64,000 bases of DNA from Acidobacteriota bacterium (GTDB lineage: Bacteria > Acidobacteriota > Terriglobia > Terriglobales > Acidobacteriaceae). Made by a program: the position numbers and the translations under genes. Location: positions 11,656 through 75,655 of the forward strand of contig JBKOUZ010000042.1 of NCBI GenBank assembly GCA_046723715.1, given 5' to 3'. Each line of letters begins with the position of its first letter. Within the stretch, counting starts at the first letter, position 1. Below, in pieces: positions 8,999 through 19,667 of the stretch. The notes beneath the pieces were generated by a model, which was not told the DNA's origin, searched no databases, and worked only from the letters and a program-made list of their open reading frames with translations.

Positions 8999-10510
8999 GT
9001 GGGGGTTCCTTTCATGAGTGTTCCGCGCACGCTGGGTGATCTGCGCCGCAGTAATTTTTCCGAAGAGCGTTTGCGTACTCGCAGGGTCAAAGATGAATTA
9101 AGAGACAATCTGATCTCCCGGTTGGAGGAAAAAGGCGACGCGTCCGTCTTTCCCGGTATTGTGGGCTATGACGACACGGTTGTTCCGCAGATCATCAATG
9201 CCATTCTTTCGCGACACAATTTTATCCTGCTCGGGTTGCGCGGACAGGCGAAAAGCCGGATCCTGCGCGCTTTAACAACACTGCTCGATCCGCAGGTGCC
9301 CTATCTAGCTGGATGCGAGATTCACGACAGTCCCTATGCCCCCATTTGCAAGCGCTGCCGCGACCTCGTTGCGCAAATGGGAGATGCTGCGCCGATTGCT
9401 TATTTGTCTCCAGATGATCGATATGTTGAGAAATTGGCGACGCCTGATGTCACCATCGCCGACCTCATCGGAGATATCGATCCCATCAAAGCAGCTCGCG
9501 GCGGCCACGAACTGTCGAGCGAATTGACGGTTCACTATGGCTTGTTGCCGCGGGCAAATCGCGGCATTTTCGCCATCAATGAATTGCCCGACCTTGCCGG
9601 CAAAATTCAGGTTGGGCTCTTCAACATCATGCAGGAAGGCGATGTGCAGATTAAGGGCTACCCCATTCGCCTGCCCCTCGATGTTGCTTTGGTGTTCAGT
9701 GCCAATCCGGAAGACTATACGGCGCGCGGCAAAATTATCACTCCGTTGAAGGACCGCATTGGGTCAGAAATTCGCACGCACTATCCATCCACCATTGAAG
9801 AAGGAATCGCTATCACGGCCCAAGAGGCGTGGACGCGGCGCAATGGCGACAAGATGCACCTGCCGCAGTACGTGCAGCAAGTCATCGAACGGATAGCCTT
9901 CGCTGCCCGCGACGACAAGAAGATCGATAAGCGCTCCGGAGTGAGCCAGAGATTGCCCATCTCCGCCATGGAGAATGTCATTTCCAACGCCGAACGGCGA
10001 GCCATTCGCAACCGGGAGAAGCTTGTGGTTCCCCGTATTAGCGACATCTACGCTGCTCTACCGGCTATTACCGGCAAGTTGGAACTCGAATATGAAGGCG
10101 AGATGAAGGGTGCAGACCTCGTTGGCCGTGAGCTGATTCGTGCGGCCATCGCCAAGACCTACGACGAATACTTCACGGGCGCTAACGTGCAGCAGATCGT
10201 GCAATGGTTCGACCTGGGTGGCGAGATTCAACTTTCTGATTCGCTCGCGGCCGCGGATGCGCTTGAGAATCTAAGAGGCATTCAGGGCCTCATCGACAAG
10301 TTGGGCCCGCTCGGGATTTCCCAGAAGGAAGGTCCTGAACAGCAGGTATCGGGCGCAGAGTTCATCCTGGAAGGTCTACACGCGCACAAGCGCATCGGAC
10401 GCAACGAGGAGCGCGTGTTTAAAGCAGGAGAGAAGAAACCCGAACCGGTGCGAGAGAAAACGTTCGACGCCGACGAGAAACCATACCGGCAGCGAAGACA
10501 ATTTAACTAA
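8999..10510 (+). CDS. ChlI/BchI-like AAA+ ATPase (deviant Walker A and B)
   Basis: Follows the BchI pattern: GLRGQAKS (9233-9256) at the Walker A position, ANRGIFAINELPDL at Walker B, SANPED sensor 1, LKDRIG. An alternative ATG lies at 9014. Confidence 0.8.
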   Translation: MGVPFMSVPRTLGDLRRSNFSEERLRTRRVKDELRDNLISRLEEKGDASVFPGIVGYDDTVVPQIINAILSRHNFILLGLRGQAKSRILRALTTLLDPQVPYLAGCEIHDSPYAPICKRCRDLVAQMGDAAPIAYLSPDDRYVEKLATPDVTIADLIGDIDPIKAARGGHELSSELTVHYGLLPRANRGIFAINELPDLAGKIQVGLFNIMQEGDVQIKGYPIRLPLDVALVFSANPEDYTARGKIITPLKDRIGSEIRTHYPSTIEEGIAITAQEAWTRRNGDKMHLPQYVQQVIERIAFAARDDKKIDKRSGVSQRLPISAMENVISNAERRAIRNREKLVVPRISDIYAALPAITGKLELEYEGEMKGADLVGRELIRAAIAKTYDEYFTGANVQQIVQWFDLGGEIQLSDSLAAADALENLRGIQGLIDKLGPLGISQKEGPEQQVSGAEFILEGLHAHKRIGRNEERVFKAGEKKPEPVREKTFDADEKPYRQRRQFN

Positions 10511-10585
10511 CGTTGAGACGCTGCTTGCAACGTCTCTTTCGCAGAAGTTCGAAATGTGTTTGCACGGCAACGCAGTCTCTACCAC

Positions 10586-11821
10586 ATGAAGCGCATTCGC
10601 TACTCCAAATACGTTCCCGATCCGGCCGGCGAAATGAGCATGGAAGACCTGCTCAGCGCGCTCTCGGATTATCTGCTGCAAAGCGGATTCCAGGATTCGA
10701 TGTGGTACGAGATGCCCGAGGGCGAGCATACGCTCGATGCCCTGAAACGCGCCCTGGAAGAAGCGCTCATGAACGGCGAGATGTTGGATGAGGAATTGCG
10801 CGAACAGATTGAGCAAATGATGGCCGAAGGACAGCTCGATGAACTGATACAGAAGCTCATCGAGCGAATGCAGCAGGAAGATTACATCTCCATCGATGAA
10901 CCGCATGATCCGGCTCGGCGGTCGAGCGTTGGCGGTCAGACTGGCGAGGCGCAGCAGGCTAAGTTCGAAATTACCGACAAGAGCCTGGACTTTCTTGGGT
11001 TCAAAGCGTTGCGAAATCTGCTGGGTTCTTTGGGCAAGTCCAGCTTCGGACGGCACGATACGCGCGATCTGGCCACTGGTATTGAGGCCAGCGGGTCATC
11101 CAAGACTTACGAGTTCGGCGACACACTGAATCTTGATATTACGGCCACGCTGTCAAACGCGATCCAACGCGAGGGCCTGAGCCTGCCGTTGAACATTGAG
11201 TACTCCGACCTGCAAGTGCACCAGTGCGAATACCAGTCATCCTGCGCCACTGTGCTGATGCTGGACTGCTCGCACTCAATGATCCTGTACGGCGAAGATC
11301 GTTTTACCCCGGCGAAGAAAGTGGCGATGGCGCTGTCCCATTTGATTCGTACCCAATATCCCGGAGACTCATTGTCGCTTGTTCTGTTCCACGATTCGGC
11401 CGAGGAAGTTCCCCTGTCGCAGCTGGCACGCGTCAAGGTTGGCCCCTATTACACCAACACGCGAGAGGGGCTGCGCATGGCGCAGAGAATCCTGCAGCGG
11501 CAGCGCAAGGATATGAAGCAGATTGTCATGATCACCGACGGCAAGCCCTCGGCGCTTACGCTTGAGGACGGCCGCATCTACAAGAATGCCTTCGGGCTCG
11601 ACCCGCTGGTCGTGAGCCAGACGCTGGAAGAAGTTTCCAAGTGCAAACGGGCGGGCGTATTGATCAATACGTTCATGTTGGCCTCGGATTACGGCCTGGT
11701 ACAGTTCGTGCAGAAAGTCACCGAGATGTGCCGCGGCAAGGCCTACTTCACTACTCCCTATACGCTCGGACAATATCTGCTGATGGATTACATGTCGCGC
11801 AAGACCAAGACCATTCACTAA
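10586..11821 (+). CDS. VWA-domain protein (intact MIDAS), partner of the AAA+ ATPase
   Basis: C-terminal VWA domain with DCSHS (DxSxS) and ITDGKPS. Acidic helical N-terminal half. ATG at 10586 (MKRIRYSKY) is preferred; the track ORF starts at 10556. Confidence 0.8.
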   Translation: MKRIRYSKYVPDPAGEMSMEDLLSALSDYLLQSGFQDSMWYEMPEGEHTLDALKRALEEALMNGEMLDEELREQIEQMMAEGQLDELIQKLIERMQQEDYISIDEPHDPARRSSVGGQTGEAQQAKFEITDKSLDFLGFKALRNLLGSLGKSSFGRHDTRDLATGIEASGSSKTYEFGDTLNLDITATLSNAIQREGLSLPLNIEYSDLQVHQCEYQSSCATVLMLDCSHSMILYGEDRFTPAKKVAMALSHLIRTQYPGDSLSLVLFHDSAEEVPLSQLARVKVGPYYTNTREGLRMAQRILQRQRKDMKQIVMITDGKPSALTLEDGRIYKNAFGLDPLVVSQTLEEVSKCKRAGVLINTFMLASDYGLVQFVQKVTEMCRGKAYFTTPYTLGQYLLMDYMSRKTKTIH

Positions 11822-11967
11822 TCATCTTCACGAAAACCTAACGCAAGCTCGGATGCAGTCCTCCGGGCCGCCAATCGCAGCGAGCATCTCGCACGAATGC
11901 GTCCGAGCAAACTGCTTCGGGACGCTCCCCACATCTTCTCTGAGTGCTGGTACTCTTCTACATAGAC

Positions 11968-13401
11968 ATGGCGAAATGCATCCGATGCGGAAGGCAACTT
12001 CAGGGCTTCACGTTCAAGAAAATCTGCCCCTGGTGTAAGCAGCATGAAGCTGCGCAGCGGGGCGAGATTGTCGACGACGTCCCGCAACCCGTCATCCGCG
12101 CCCCTTGGGCCCGGAGTCAATCCACTATCAGCCTGACACAGATTCTCCTTGGGGCTAATATGGCCGTCTTCTTGGCTATGGCCATTGGCAGCGGCTCGGT
12201 GATGGATTTTCCCGGGCACGCGCTGCTGTTTGGCGCGAATTATGGTCCAAAAACCTTAACTGGGCAATGGTGGCGCCTGATTACCTACATGTTCATGCAC
12301 GGCGGCATACTGCATATCGCCTTCAACATGTGGTGTCTCTGGGATTTGGGAGCGTTGTGCGAATCGTTATACGGTCCGGTCACCTACGGTGCCATCTATC
12401 TGATCACTGGCGTTTCCGGGGGCCTGGCGAGCGTGGGCTGGAATCCGGGAGTGCTGAGCGTTGGAGCGTCCGGAGCAATCTTCGGCCTGGCCGGCGCCCT
12501 GGTCGCATCATTCGCTCTGGGCGAATTTCCATTGCCCAGTATTGCCATTCGCGGCACGTTGCGGAGCCTGCTCGTGTTCGTAGTGTTCAATCTCTTCTTT
12601 GGCAGCATGTTTGGCGGGGTCGATAATGCCGCACACATCGGCGGACTTATATCCGGGCTCATCTTTGGGGCGCTGATCGCAAAACTGGCGCCCGGCGAAG
12701 GTACAGGCCGCATGGCGATAATCAGCTTGGTCGCTCTAACTGTTGTGGCTGCCGGATTCGGCGTCCGGCAGTGGCGCGGCGGTCCCATGCGTACCGCATT
12801 GGCGTTCCAGGCCTTGGGTGGAGCCCAAGGCGACCCCGTCGCGCGATTAAAGATGATTCTCGCGCAGAATCCGAATCTCGCGCCGGCCCATTTCGCGCTG
12901 GCGCAGGCGTATTTTGAGCAACAGAAATTTTCCGACGCTGAAGCTGAATTCAAGAAGGTCATCGAATTGCAGCCTAAGAATGCGCGTGCCCGGTTTTATC
13001 TCGGGATGACTTATCTAAGCCTCAAGCGCACCGAAGACGCGAAGCAGGCATTCAACGCAATCCTTCAGCAAGGCGCAAATCCCGGTGAAGCACACTATGG
13101 AATCGGCATGGCCTTAGCTCTCGAAGACAAGCACCAAGAGGCCATCAAAGAGTTCCAACTCGCAGTCAAGGATGAATCGGATGCATCCGGGATCTACTCC
13201 GAGATGGGTAATTCCTACGCCAAACTGAAGATGTACGACGATGCGATCTCGGCCTATCTGAAAGAAAAGGAAAAGAGCGGGGACAACCCTGAGGTAGAAA
13301 ATGCATTGGCGGAGGCGTATCAGGCAAAAGGGATGACAAAAGAAGCGCAAGACGCCCGCAACAAAGCCGTGCAGTTAAGGAACCAGGAACCCGCCCAATG
13401 A
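11968..13401 (+). CDS. Rhomboid-family intramembrane serine protease with N-terminal zinc ribbon and C-terminal TPR repeats
   Basis: CIRCGRQ...CPWCKQHE, then WWRLITYMFMHGGILHIAFNMW and GASGAIFGLAG (rhomboid H and S motifs), then a TPR region (AHFALAQAYFEQQKFSDAEAEFKKVIELQP...). Confidence 0.88.
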   Translation: MAKCIRCGRQLQGFTFKKICPWCKQHEAAQRGEIVDDVPQPVIRAPWARSQSTISLTQILLGANMAVFLAMAIGSGSVMDFPGHALLFGANYGPKTLTGQWWRLITYMFMHGGILHIAFNMWCLWDLGALCESLYGPVTYGAIYLITGVSGGLASVGWNPGVLSVGASGAIFGLAGALVASFALGEFPLPSIAIRGTLRSLLVFVVFNLFFGSMFGGVDNAAHIGGLISGLIFGALIAKLAPGEGTGRMAIISLVALTVVAAGFGVRQWRGGPMRTALAFQALGGAQGDPVARLKMILAQNPNLAPAHFALAQAYFEQQKFSDAEAEFKKVIELQPKNARARFYLGMTYLSLKRTEDAKQAFNAILQQGANPGEAHYGIGMALALEDKHQEAIKEFQLAVKDESDASGIYSEMGNSYAKLKMYDDAISAYLKEKEKSGDNPEVENALAEAYQAKGMTKEAQDARNKAVQLRNQEPAQ

Positions 13402-13458
13402 AGCTAAAGGGGAAAACCCGTTCGGCAAATCATACGACCGTAAACGCCTGGCCTTACT

Positions 13459-15378
13459 CTAGCTCATAGTGATCTCGCCGACCGCGCGGTACGCCTGATT
13501 GATGGCTTCGTCAGTGTAGGCATAAGCGCCCGCGTCAGAATTAGCGATCGCGATCCGGCCATGGCGCTGGCGCGCTACTTCGCATGGAGTCTCGCCCCCT
13601 TCCAACCAAAAGGAATCAAACAGTGAGTTGTATTCGTACGCATAGCCATGAGGCCAGCGGTTCACCGTGATTGCAGCAATATCGCGCGCCGGATCGAAAC
13701 CGCCTGGGCCCAGTGTGCGGGCAAGTTGATCCCGAATACTGCGCTCCATGGTTTCGAATGTGGTGGTGTAGAGTTCCATGCGGCCGAAGGTGTGCTGCTG
13801 CCGTGCTGGAAGCCCGGGATGGCACGCTGCTTTCATCATGTGAACGACAATGGGCTCTTCCGGCTTCTGAGCGCATTCGTACCCACCAATGCTGACCGGC
13901 AGATCGAGATTCAATCCTGAGTGGTACATGGACGGGGCATAGACCGAATTCGTTCCGAGCTTCTGAAAAGATGTCCAGTTCTTCAGCAGCACGTTCGTGT
14001 AAAGCAGCGGAACCTTCTGCGCGGAAGCCAGTGCTTCCTTCTGTTTCTCGGGAAGTTCATCGCAGATATACGGGATAACCACGTGCCAGCAGGCCAGGAT
14101 CGCGTTCTTTGCCCGTGTACTGTAGACCTTGCCATGACGAGCATAGGTCACTTCCACTTCATTGGCGCTCGCAGAATCACCGATATGCTTCACGCGCACT
14201 GCCGTGCTGTTCAGGCGAATGCGTACGGACGAGTTTGAATCATCGAACTTCGCGTAATTCGCCTTCGCCAGCACAACGTCGGAACTGCTATGTCCCGGCA
14301 TTGCTTGTGGGATCAACTGCCGCACCAGCAACCGCGCGATGCTGGCGTTGCCGTCAGGAAAATGGAAGAAATACTTCTCCGCCTGCTGGTTGGGAATCGC
14401 GTCGCGATTCATTCCCTTCCCCGGGGCTGGATCCAGCTTCAATCCGCGGAAACCGGGAAAATCGAATCCCCATGCGTCCTGTGCGGGTACGGCGTCGATT
14501 CCGAGTCCGAACAAGCCATGCGGAAGGGATTGGTAAACCTTCACGATGTCTTCATGAACCCCGGCGACCTCGGTCAGGTACGTGGCATAGCTGATCCGTG
14601 CCAGCTTGGCCTTCTTTTCATCCGAACTCAGCCCGGGATAATAATCCTTCGGATCCTCGTAAAGGCTCTGCAGATCCCGTTTCGCCCGCTCCGCAATAGG
14701 AGCGTCCGCTAAAAACTGCTTGAGGAGTTTTGGTGTCTCCGGGTTGGAGTCTTCGCTCTCCCCTCCATTTCTCGGGCTGAAATTGACCACTAGCCGGTCA
14801 GTGCCAAAGGTTTGCTTGTCGAAAAAAATTCTGGGACGAAGATTCAGTGAGGAGTAGAGGTCGCGCTTGAAGTACTTCGGGTACGACGGCACATCGATGC
14901 CCAACTCCTCGATCACGTTTTTGGCGACCGCACTGTAGGGCGCGGGGCTCTCGATCGAAAACGTGCCGCCAAAACCGAGGCGGAATGCATTATTTGCGCG
15001 GAATTCGTTGCGCTTGGCATGTCCGCCAAAGTCGTCATGGTTGTCGAGAATTAAAATTCGCGCCTTATTCCCGTTTGCCTTACGGTAAAAATGTGCTGCC
15101 GCCAGGCCGCTGATACCTCCTCCAACAACGATCAAATCGTATTTTTCGCCAGTCTCCTCGGGTTTTCCTGCCGAATCCCAAAAAGTACCATCTCGCAGGC
15201 TATGTGCGGCTTCGAATGATCCGGGATGGCTGCCGCGCATCCCGGTCCGTTCCGGAGGATAGTATGCGGACGATTTTTCTTGGTCATTCGCAGTAAGAAC
15301 ATGCGGCGCTATTATGGCCGCGGCCGAGGTTACTGCTACGCCGTTGATGAAATCACGGCGCGTGATCTTGCGATGCAT
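13459..15378 (-). CDS. TAT-exported FAD/NAD(P)-binding oxidoreductase (amine-oxidase / SpdH-like)
   Basis: Twin-arginine signal MHRKITRRDFINGVAVTSAAAII and dinucleotide fold DLIVVGGGISGLAAAHFY. Its size of about 640 aa fits spermidine-dehydrogenase-like proteins; that specific function is inference. Confidence 0.75.
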   Translation of the reverse strand: MHRKITRRDFINGVAVTSAAAIIAPHVLTANDQEKSSAYYPPERTGMRGSHPGSFEAAHSLRDGTFWDSAGKPEETGEKYDLIVVGGGISGLAAAHFYRKANGNKARILILDNHDDFGGHAKRNEFRANNAFRLGFGGTFSIESPAPYSAVAKNVIEELGIDVPSYPKYFKRDLYSSLNLRPRIFFDKQTFGTDRLVVNFSPRNGGESEDSNPETPKLLKQFLADAPIAERAKRDLQSLYEDPKDYYPGLSSDEKKAKLARISYATYLTEVAGVHEDIVKVYQSLPHGLFGLGIDAVPAQDAWGFDFPGFRGLKLDPAPGKGMNRDAIPNQQAEKYFFHFPDGNASIARLLVRQLIPQAMPGHSSSDVVLAKANYAKFDDSNSSVRIRLNSTAVRVKHIGDSASANEVEVTYARHGKVYSTRAKNAILACWHVVIPYICDELPEKQKEALASAQKVPLLYTNVLLKNWTSFQKLGTNSVYAPSMYHSGLNLDLPVSIGGYECAQKPEEPIVVHMMKAACHPGLPARQQHTFGRMELYTTTFETMERSIRDQLARTLGPGGFDPARDIAAITVNRWPHGYAYEYNSLFDSFWLEGGETPCEVARQRHGRIAIANSDAGAYAYTDEAINQAYRAVGEITMS

Positions 15379-15459
15379 CCCCAGTTCTCGGTCCCGTGAA
15401 TCGTGCACAATGATCTCCCAGACCTTCGGTCAGTCCAGTCGGCAACTCATTACCGACGC

Positions 15460-15696
15460 TTACGATTCACCCTCGGCTTTCTTGACTGCCAGTTCAGCGC
15501 CCTGAAAGCCGATCTTGCTGTGAGTTCCATCGCAGAAAGGTTTGTTGACCGAACCGCCGCAGCGGCATAGGGAGAATGCGGGCTTGCCGGCAACGTCGAA
15601 TTTATTGCCATTAACATCAACCAACTCGACAGTGCCTTCCGGAGCTTCGACCCGATACGGACCGTTGGGTCTGACAGTAATTTTGATCTGGGCCAT
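15460..15696 (-). CDS. CDGSH iron-sulfur domain protein
   Basis: CRCGGSVNKPFCDGTHSKIGF motif. ATG at 15694-15696 follows GGAGGAATTC. Confidence 0.85.
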   Translation of the reverse strand: MAQIKITVRPNGPYRVEAPEGTVELVDVNGNKFDVAGKPAFSLCRCGGSVNKPFCDGTHSKIGFQGAELAVKKAEGES

Positions 15697-15857
15697 GAAT
15701 TCCTCCAACCTTACGGGTTTCTAGTAAGCATAGAGAAGATATCATTAAGGCCAGTTGGATGTCTCGTGTGCAGCAGAAGGGACCTCTGAGTGAAGCTTGT
15801 GCGGAAAGCTATCACAGAATTCGTGGGATGTAGCGGATCCTCCCGCCCATGAAGCGG

Positions 15858-18330
15858 CTATTCAGTCCGGAGTGCATTCATGGAATCAATGGAAGCCGCT
15901 CTCCGCGCCGGCAGCAAACTGGCGCTCAGCGAGACAAGTATTACCACGCCAGATGCAGTCGCGAACGTGCCTGGATCACGGGGCTGCACGCCAAACAGCA
16001 GCGACTTCATTAGTCCTGCGGACATGAGTGCAATTAGAAGTCCGAGCGCCATTCCAGCAACCGTGACTTGCAAGCTTTCGCGCAACAACATCAGGAGCAC
16101 CTGCCCGCGCTGCGCACCTACCGCCATCCTTACCCCGATTTCAGCGGTGCGGCGGCCAACGCGGAAGGCGAGCGTGCTGTATAAACCGATCGCTACAAGG
16201 AACGTGGCAAGCAAGGCAAAGAATAGAGAAAGCCTCGAGAACATCCGCTGCTGCGAATAGGACTGCTCAAAGACAGCTTGCTGCATCATCGGATTCTCCA
16301 GGGGCAGGTTCGGATCCATATCATGGATGGCTCGCTCGATGGACGGCAAAACTCCAGCCGCACTTCCTGCCATACGGACTTCAACCTCAAGATGGTTCAG
16401 CCCTTCAACTTGCATGCATGGGTAATAAGCCATGGGGATCGGGTTTTCATTTACCCGGGTATACTTGCTGTCTTTGACTACTCCCACAATCGTGCGGCGC
16501 GGCTTTCCCCCCAACTGATGTCCGAGGGGGGTTTGTTTCCGGCATGAGTCTTTTCACGAAGGTCTCGTTGACCACCACGACTGGTTGTGATGTTTCCGTG
16601 TCTCCGTTGGAGACATCCCTCCCGTCCAGTACGGGTATGCCCATTACATGAAAGAACTCCGGGCCAACCTTGTTCGAGCGCAATGGAGACTCTGAGTAAC
16701 TGTGTTCGACGCCGTCGATCGTTGCAGAATTGTTGTCACTCCATCCGGAACCCGGGCAGTTCTCTGCAAAACTGACCGACTCAATTCCGGGAAGGCTACG
16801 CAGGCGATCCAACAATGAGCGGAAGAACTGGACATTCTGGCGTTTGCTGGAGGTCTGCTGAGGTGTAATTCCAAAAACCAGAAGACCCTGCGAGCGTATG
16901 CCTAGATTGGTGGACTGATAATTCTCCAGCGTGCGCAGAAGCAGTCCCGCTGCGACCAGCAACACGAAGCAGAATGTCAACTGGGTGGCCATGACGAAAT
17001 AGCCGCCCCACTTGCTTGCGCGACTGCGGTATGACGTGGACGCTGAAGTCTTCAGGGATGACGCAACGGATACATTCAATGCGGAAAACAAGGGCGCGAG
17101 ACCGAAGACAACGCAAGCCAGTGCACACACTACGAACGTGAAAAGCAGCACCGTGCCATCCGGAGATAATCCGGCTTCAATCTGGGACCAGGCGGCAAGC
17201 GCCCGTGTAGCCGATAATGCAAAGATCCAACCTAGAGTCCCGCCCAGCGACACCAGTAACGCGCTTTCCAGTAATAGCTGCCGGAAAATTTTTCGCCTGG
17301 TCGCGCCCAGGGCGAGCCTGAGGCTGAACTCCCGTTCGCGTGCACTCTTCTTCGCTACCAGCAGCATCGCCACGTTGTTGCAAGCAATGACGAGTACGAG
17401 CGCGACGAGCGCCATTAACATGGTCACGCCATTCCTGTATGTGCCCTCCGTATCCAGCCCCTGGATTCCTCTCGCTGCTTGGAAGGCCAGACTGACCTTT
17501 GCAGCCTTCAACTCCGGCACGCTCAGTCCCGTGTAGGCCACGCGCTGATAACGTGGAGTCACTTCAGCAAGCGCTTGCGAAGCCGACACTCCCGGCGCAA
17601 GGCGCGCTATCAATTGCAGACACCACCATGTAGGCGTGCCGTAGAGTGTGCCGTACTCCGCAGGTTCCCCCCAGGCGTTCAGGTTCGTCTGATTCTGCAA
17701 CGGAATCCAGAAATCGGTCGAGTAGCCTGGTTCAACACCCAGGAAGCCCTCGGGACCGACTCCGATGATCGTGAAGGGATTTCCCTTGATCAACAGTCTT
17801 TGGCCGATAACGGAAGGATCTTTTCCAAAACGCCGCGCCCAATACGCGTAGCTGAGCACAACCACATGGGAATGAACGCGCTCGTCTTGTAGAGTGAAGC
17901 CATGCCCGCGGGCTAAGGCCAGCTGCAACCCAGAAAAGAAATTGCCGCTGACCATCTCGCCTTCGGCTTCTTCGGGCATCTCACCGTAGCGGATTGCCGC
18001 TTTGCCGATCGCCAGCGGAACAAAAGCGATCACGTCGGCGAATGCACGCTGATCCTGGCGAAGATCTTCGAAGACCGGTTCGGAAAACGAAGTAGTTGAG
18101 TCGCCGGTGTTACTGGCCCCTGTGGGTTGCCCGGTCGGCACGTGCAGATACACCAACTCCTCAGGGTCGGGGACTGGAAGACCCTTCAAGAGCACAGCGT
18201 TCATCACGCTAAAAACGGCAGTATTGGCGCCAATTCCCAACCCAAGCGTGCAAACCACCGTCAGGGAGAACCAGGGTGAGTTGAGCAACTGTCGAAGAGC
18301 GTAGCGGAACTCCTGCATCAGGATGGGCAT
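15858..18330 (-). pseudogene. ADOP-type (MacB/FtsX-like duplicated orphan) permease, interrupted by a frameshift
   Basis: Two overlapping ORFs (16447-18360 and 15858-16514) together make one roughly 820-aa duplicated FtsX permease. The N-terminus is MPILMQEFRYALRQLLNSPWFSLTVVCTLGLGIGANTAVFS. The reading frame changes at or near the G6 run at 16526-16531. Confidence 0.8.
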
Positions 18331-18379
18331 AAAAACCCCTATAAAGGGACGCGATGGCATATCAAATGTGAGCCGGTTG

Positions 18380-19498
18380 TCAGGCAGCTACGGAACTGGC
18401 AGAAGTCAGACTCCGGTAAAGCTCCAGCCACTCGTCGATCATGCGCTTGGTGGTGAAACGTTCACGCGCGCGGGTGTAAGCGAGTTCGGCATAGGCGCGG
18501 CGCATCGGACGATCCTCGTTGAGCATGCGGATGCTTTCTGCCAGGCTGGCGGCGTCATTGGTGCGGAAATACAGCGCGGCATCACCCCAGATCTCTCGAT
18601 AGCTTGGAATGTCATTAGCCACGATGGCGCAACGCGAGAACGCCGCTTCGAGCGCAGCCATGCCGAAGGGTTCGTAACGGGAAGTCGCCGCGTAAATCGC
18701 GGCGCGGCTATATAACGCCCTCAACTGCGCGTCTGTTTGAGGACCTCGAATTGCGACGGTAGTCTTCTCTGTGGCAACTTTCACGTCTGCCCGGATTGGG
18801 ATCCGCGGCATCGGGACAGTCTGCTCTGCGCCCACAATGCAGACTGGGAGCGGATGCTGGTGTTGCGTAAGCAGGAAAACCTGCTTGCCCGCATCCACGA
18901 GCCGGCCCACCGACAACACGCAATCGTCTTTGCTGACGTACGGGTTGAAGAAGATCGGATTACGTCCGGGATAGATCACCTCTGCGCGTGCCGGATGCCC
19001 ATAACAATCCGCAATTTGATCGAGCATCCAGGCTGACGGAGCAACTACTACATCAGCACCCTTCAGACCCTTCAGTACCGTTCTGCGATACCAGGCCAGC
19101 GATTCGGCGGAACGCGGAGGATGCACGTGCACGGCTTGGTTCCACGTGATCAGATCGCCATGCGCCATTACCACACGCGGCACGTCCCCAGGCAAATTGC
19201 CATAGCAAAAGTGATTTAAGTGCAGCAGATCGGGGCGAAGTTCGCGGACCAGGGAGACCAGGAACTCACAGGATTCCGGCAGGTCTTCTTCGGCTTCCTG
19301 CATCCATTCCAGCCGGAATGCCGTAGGTCGATAATCAAGACCATGAAGGTGATCCATCCACGCGGTCTGGTTGGGTAGAGGGATCTCTCCGAAGCTGACC
19401 AGCGTGACGTGTATGCCCCGTGTAACCAGACCCGTGACCAATTCGCGAGCATAACTCCACGAACCAGAGAGTGAGTCGGCGGTAACGAGGACGTGCAC
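18380..19498 (-). CDS. Glycosyltransferase family 4 (group 1)
   Basis: 372 aa with a GT-B pattern and a C-terminal EPFGMAALEAAFSRCAIVANDIPSYREI (E-x7-E-like) motif. Confidence 0.8.
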   Translation of the reverse strand: MHVLVTADSLSGSWSYARELVTGLVTRGIHVTLVSFGEIPLPNQTAWMDHLHGLDYRPTAFRLEWMQEAEEDLPESCEFLVSLVRELRPDLLHLNHFCYGNLPGDVPRVVMAHGDLITWNQAVHVHPPRSAESLAWYRRTVLKGLKGADVVVAPSAWMLDQIADCYGHPARAEVIYPGRNPIFFNPYVSKDDCVLSVGRLVDAGKQVFLLTQHQHPLPVCIVGAEQTVPMPRIPIRADVKVATEKTTVAIRGPQTDAQLRALYSRAAIYAATSRYEPFGMAALEAAFSRCAIVANDIPSYREIWGDAALYFRTNDAASLAESIRMLNEDRPMRRAYAELAYTRARERFTTKRMIDEWLELYRSLTSASSVAA

Positions 19499-19667
19499 AG
19501 AACCTCCGGGTCACTGCGGAATCCCGCGCCGGACAACGAATTCCGCGACAATACGCCCATTTTAGTTGGAATGGGCACCCTCGGGAAGCGATTTCGCGGT
19601 CCAAAAGCAATAATTCTATCCCGGGGCTAGAACTGGCGCCTCCTGGAGTTTCTGGGATCCCCGACGC

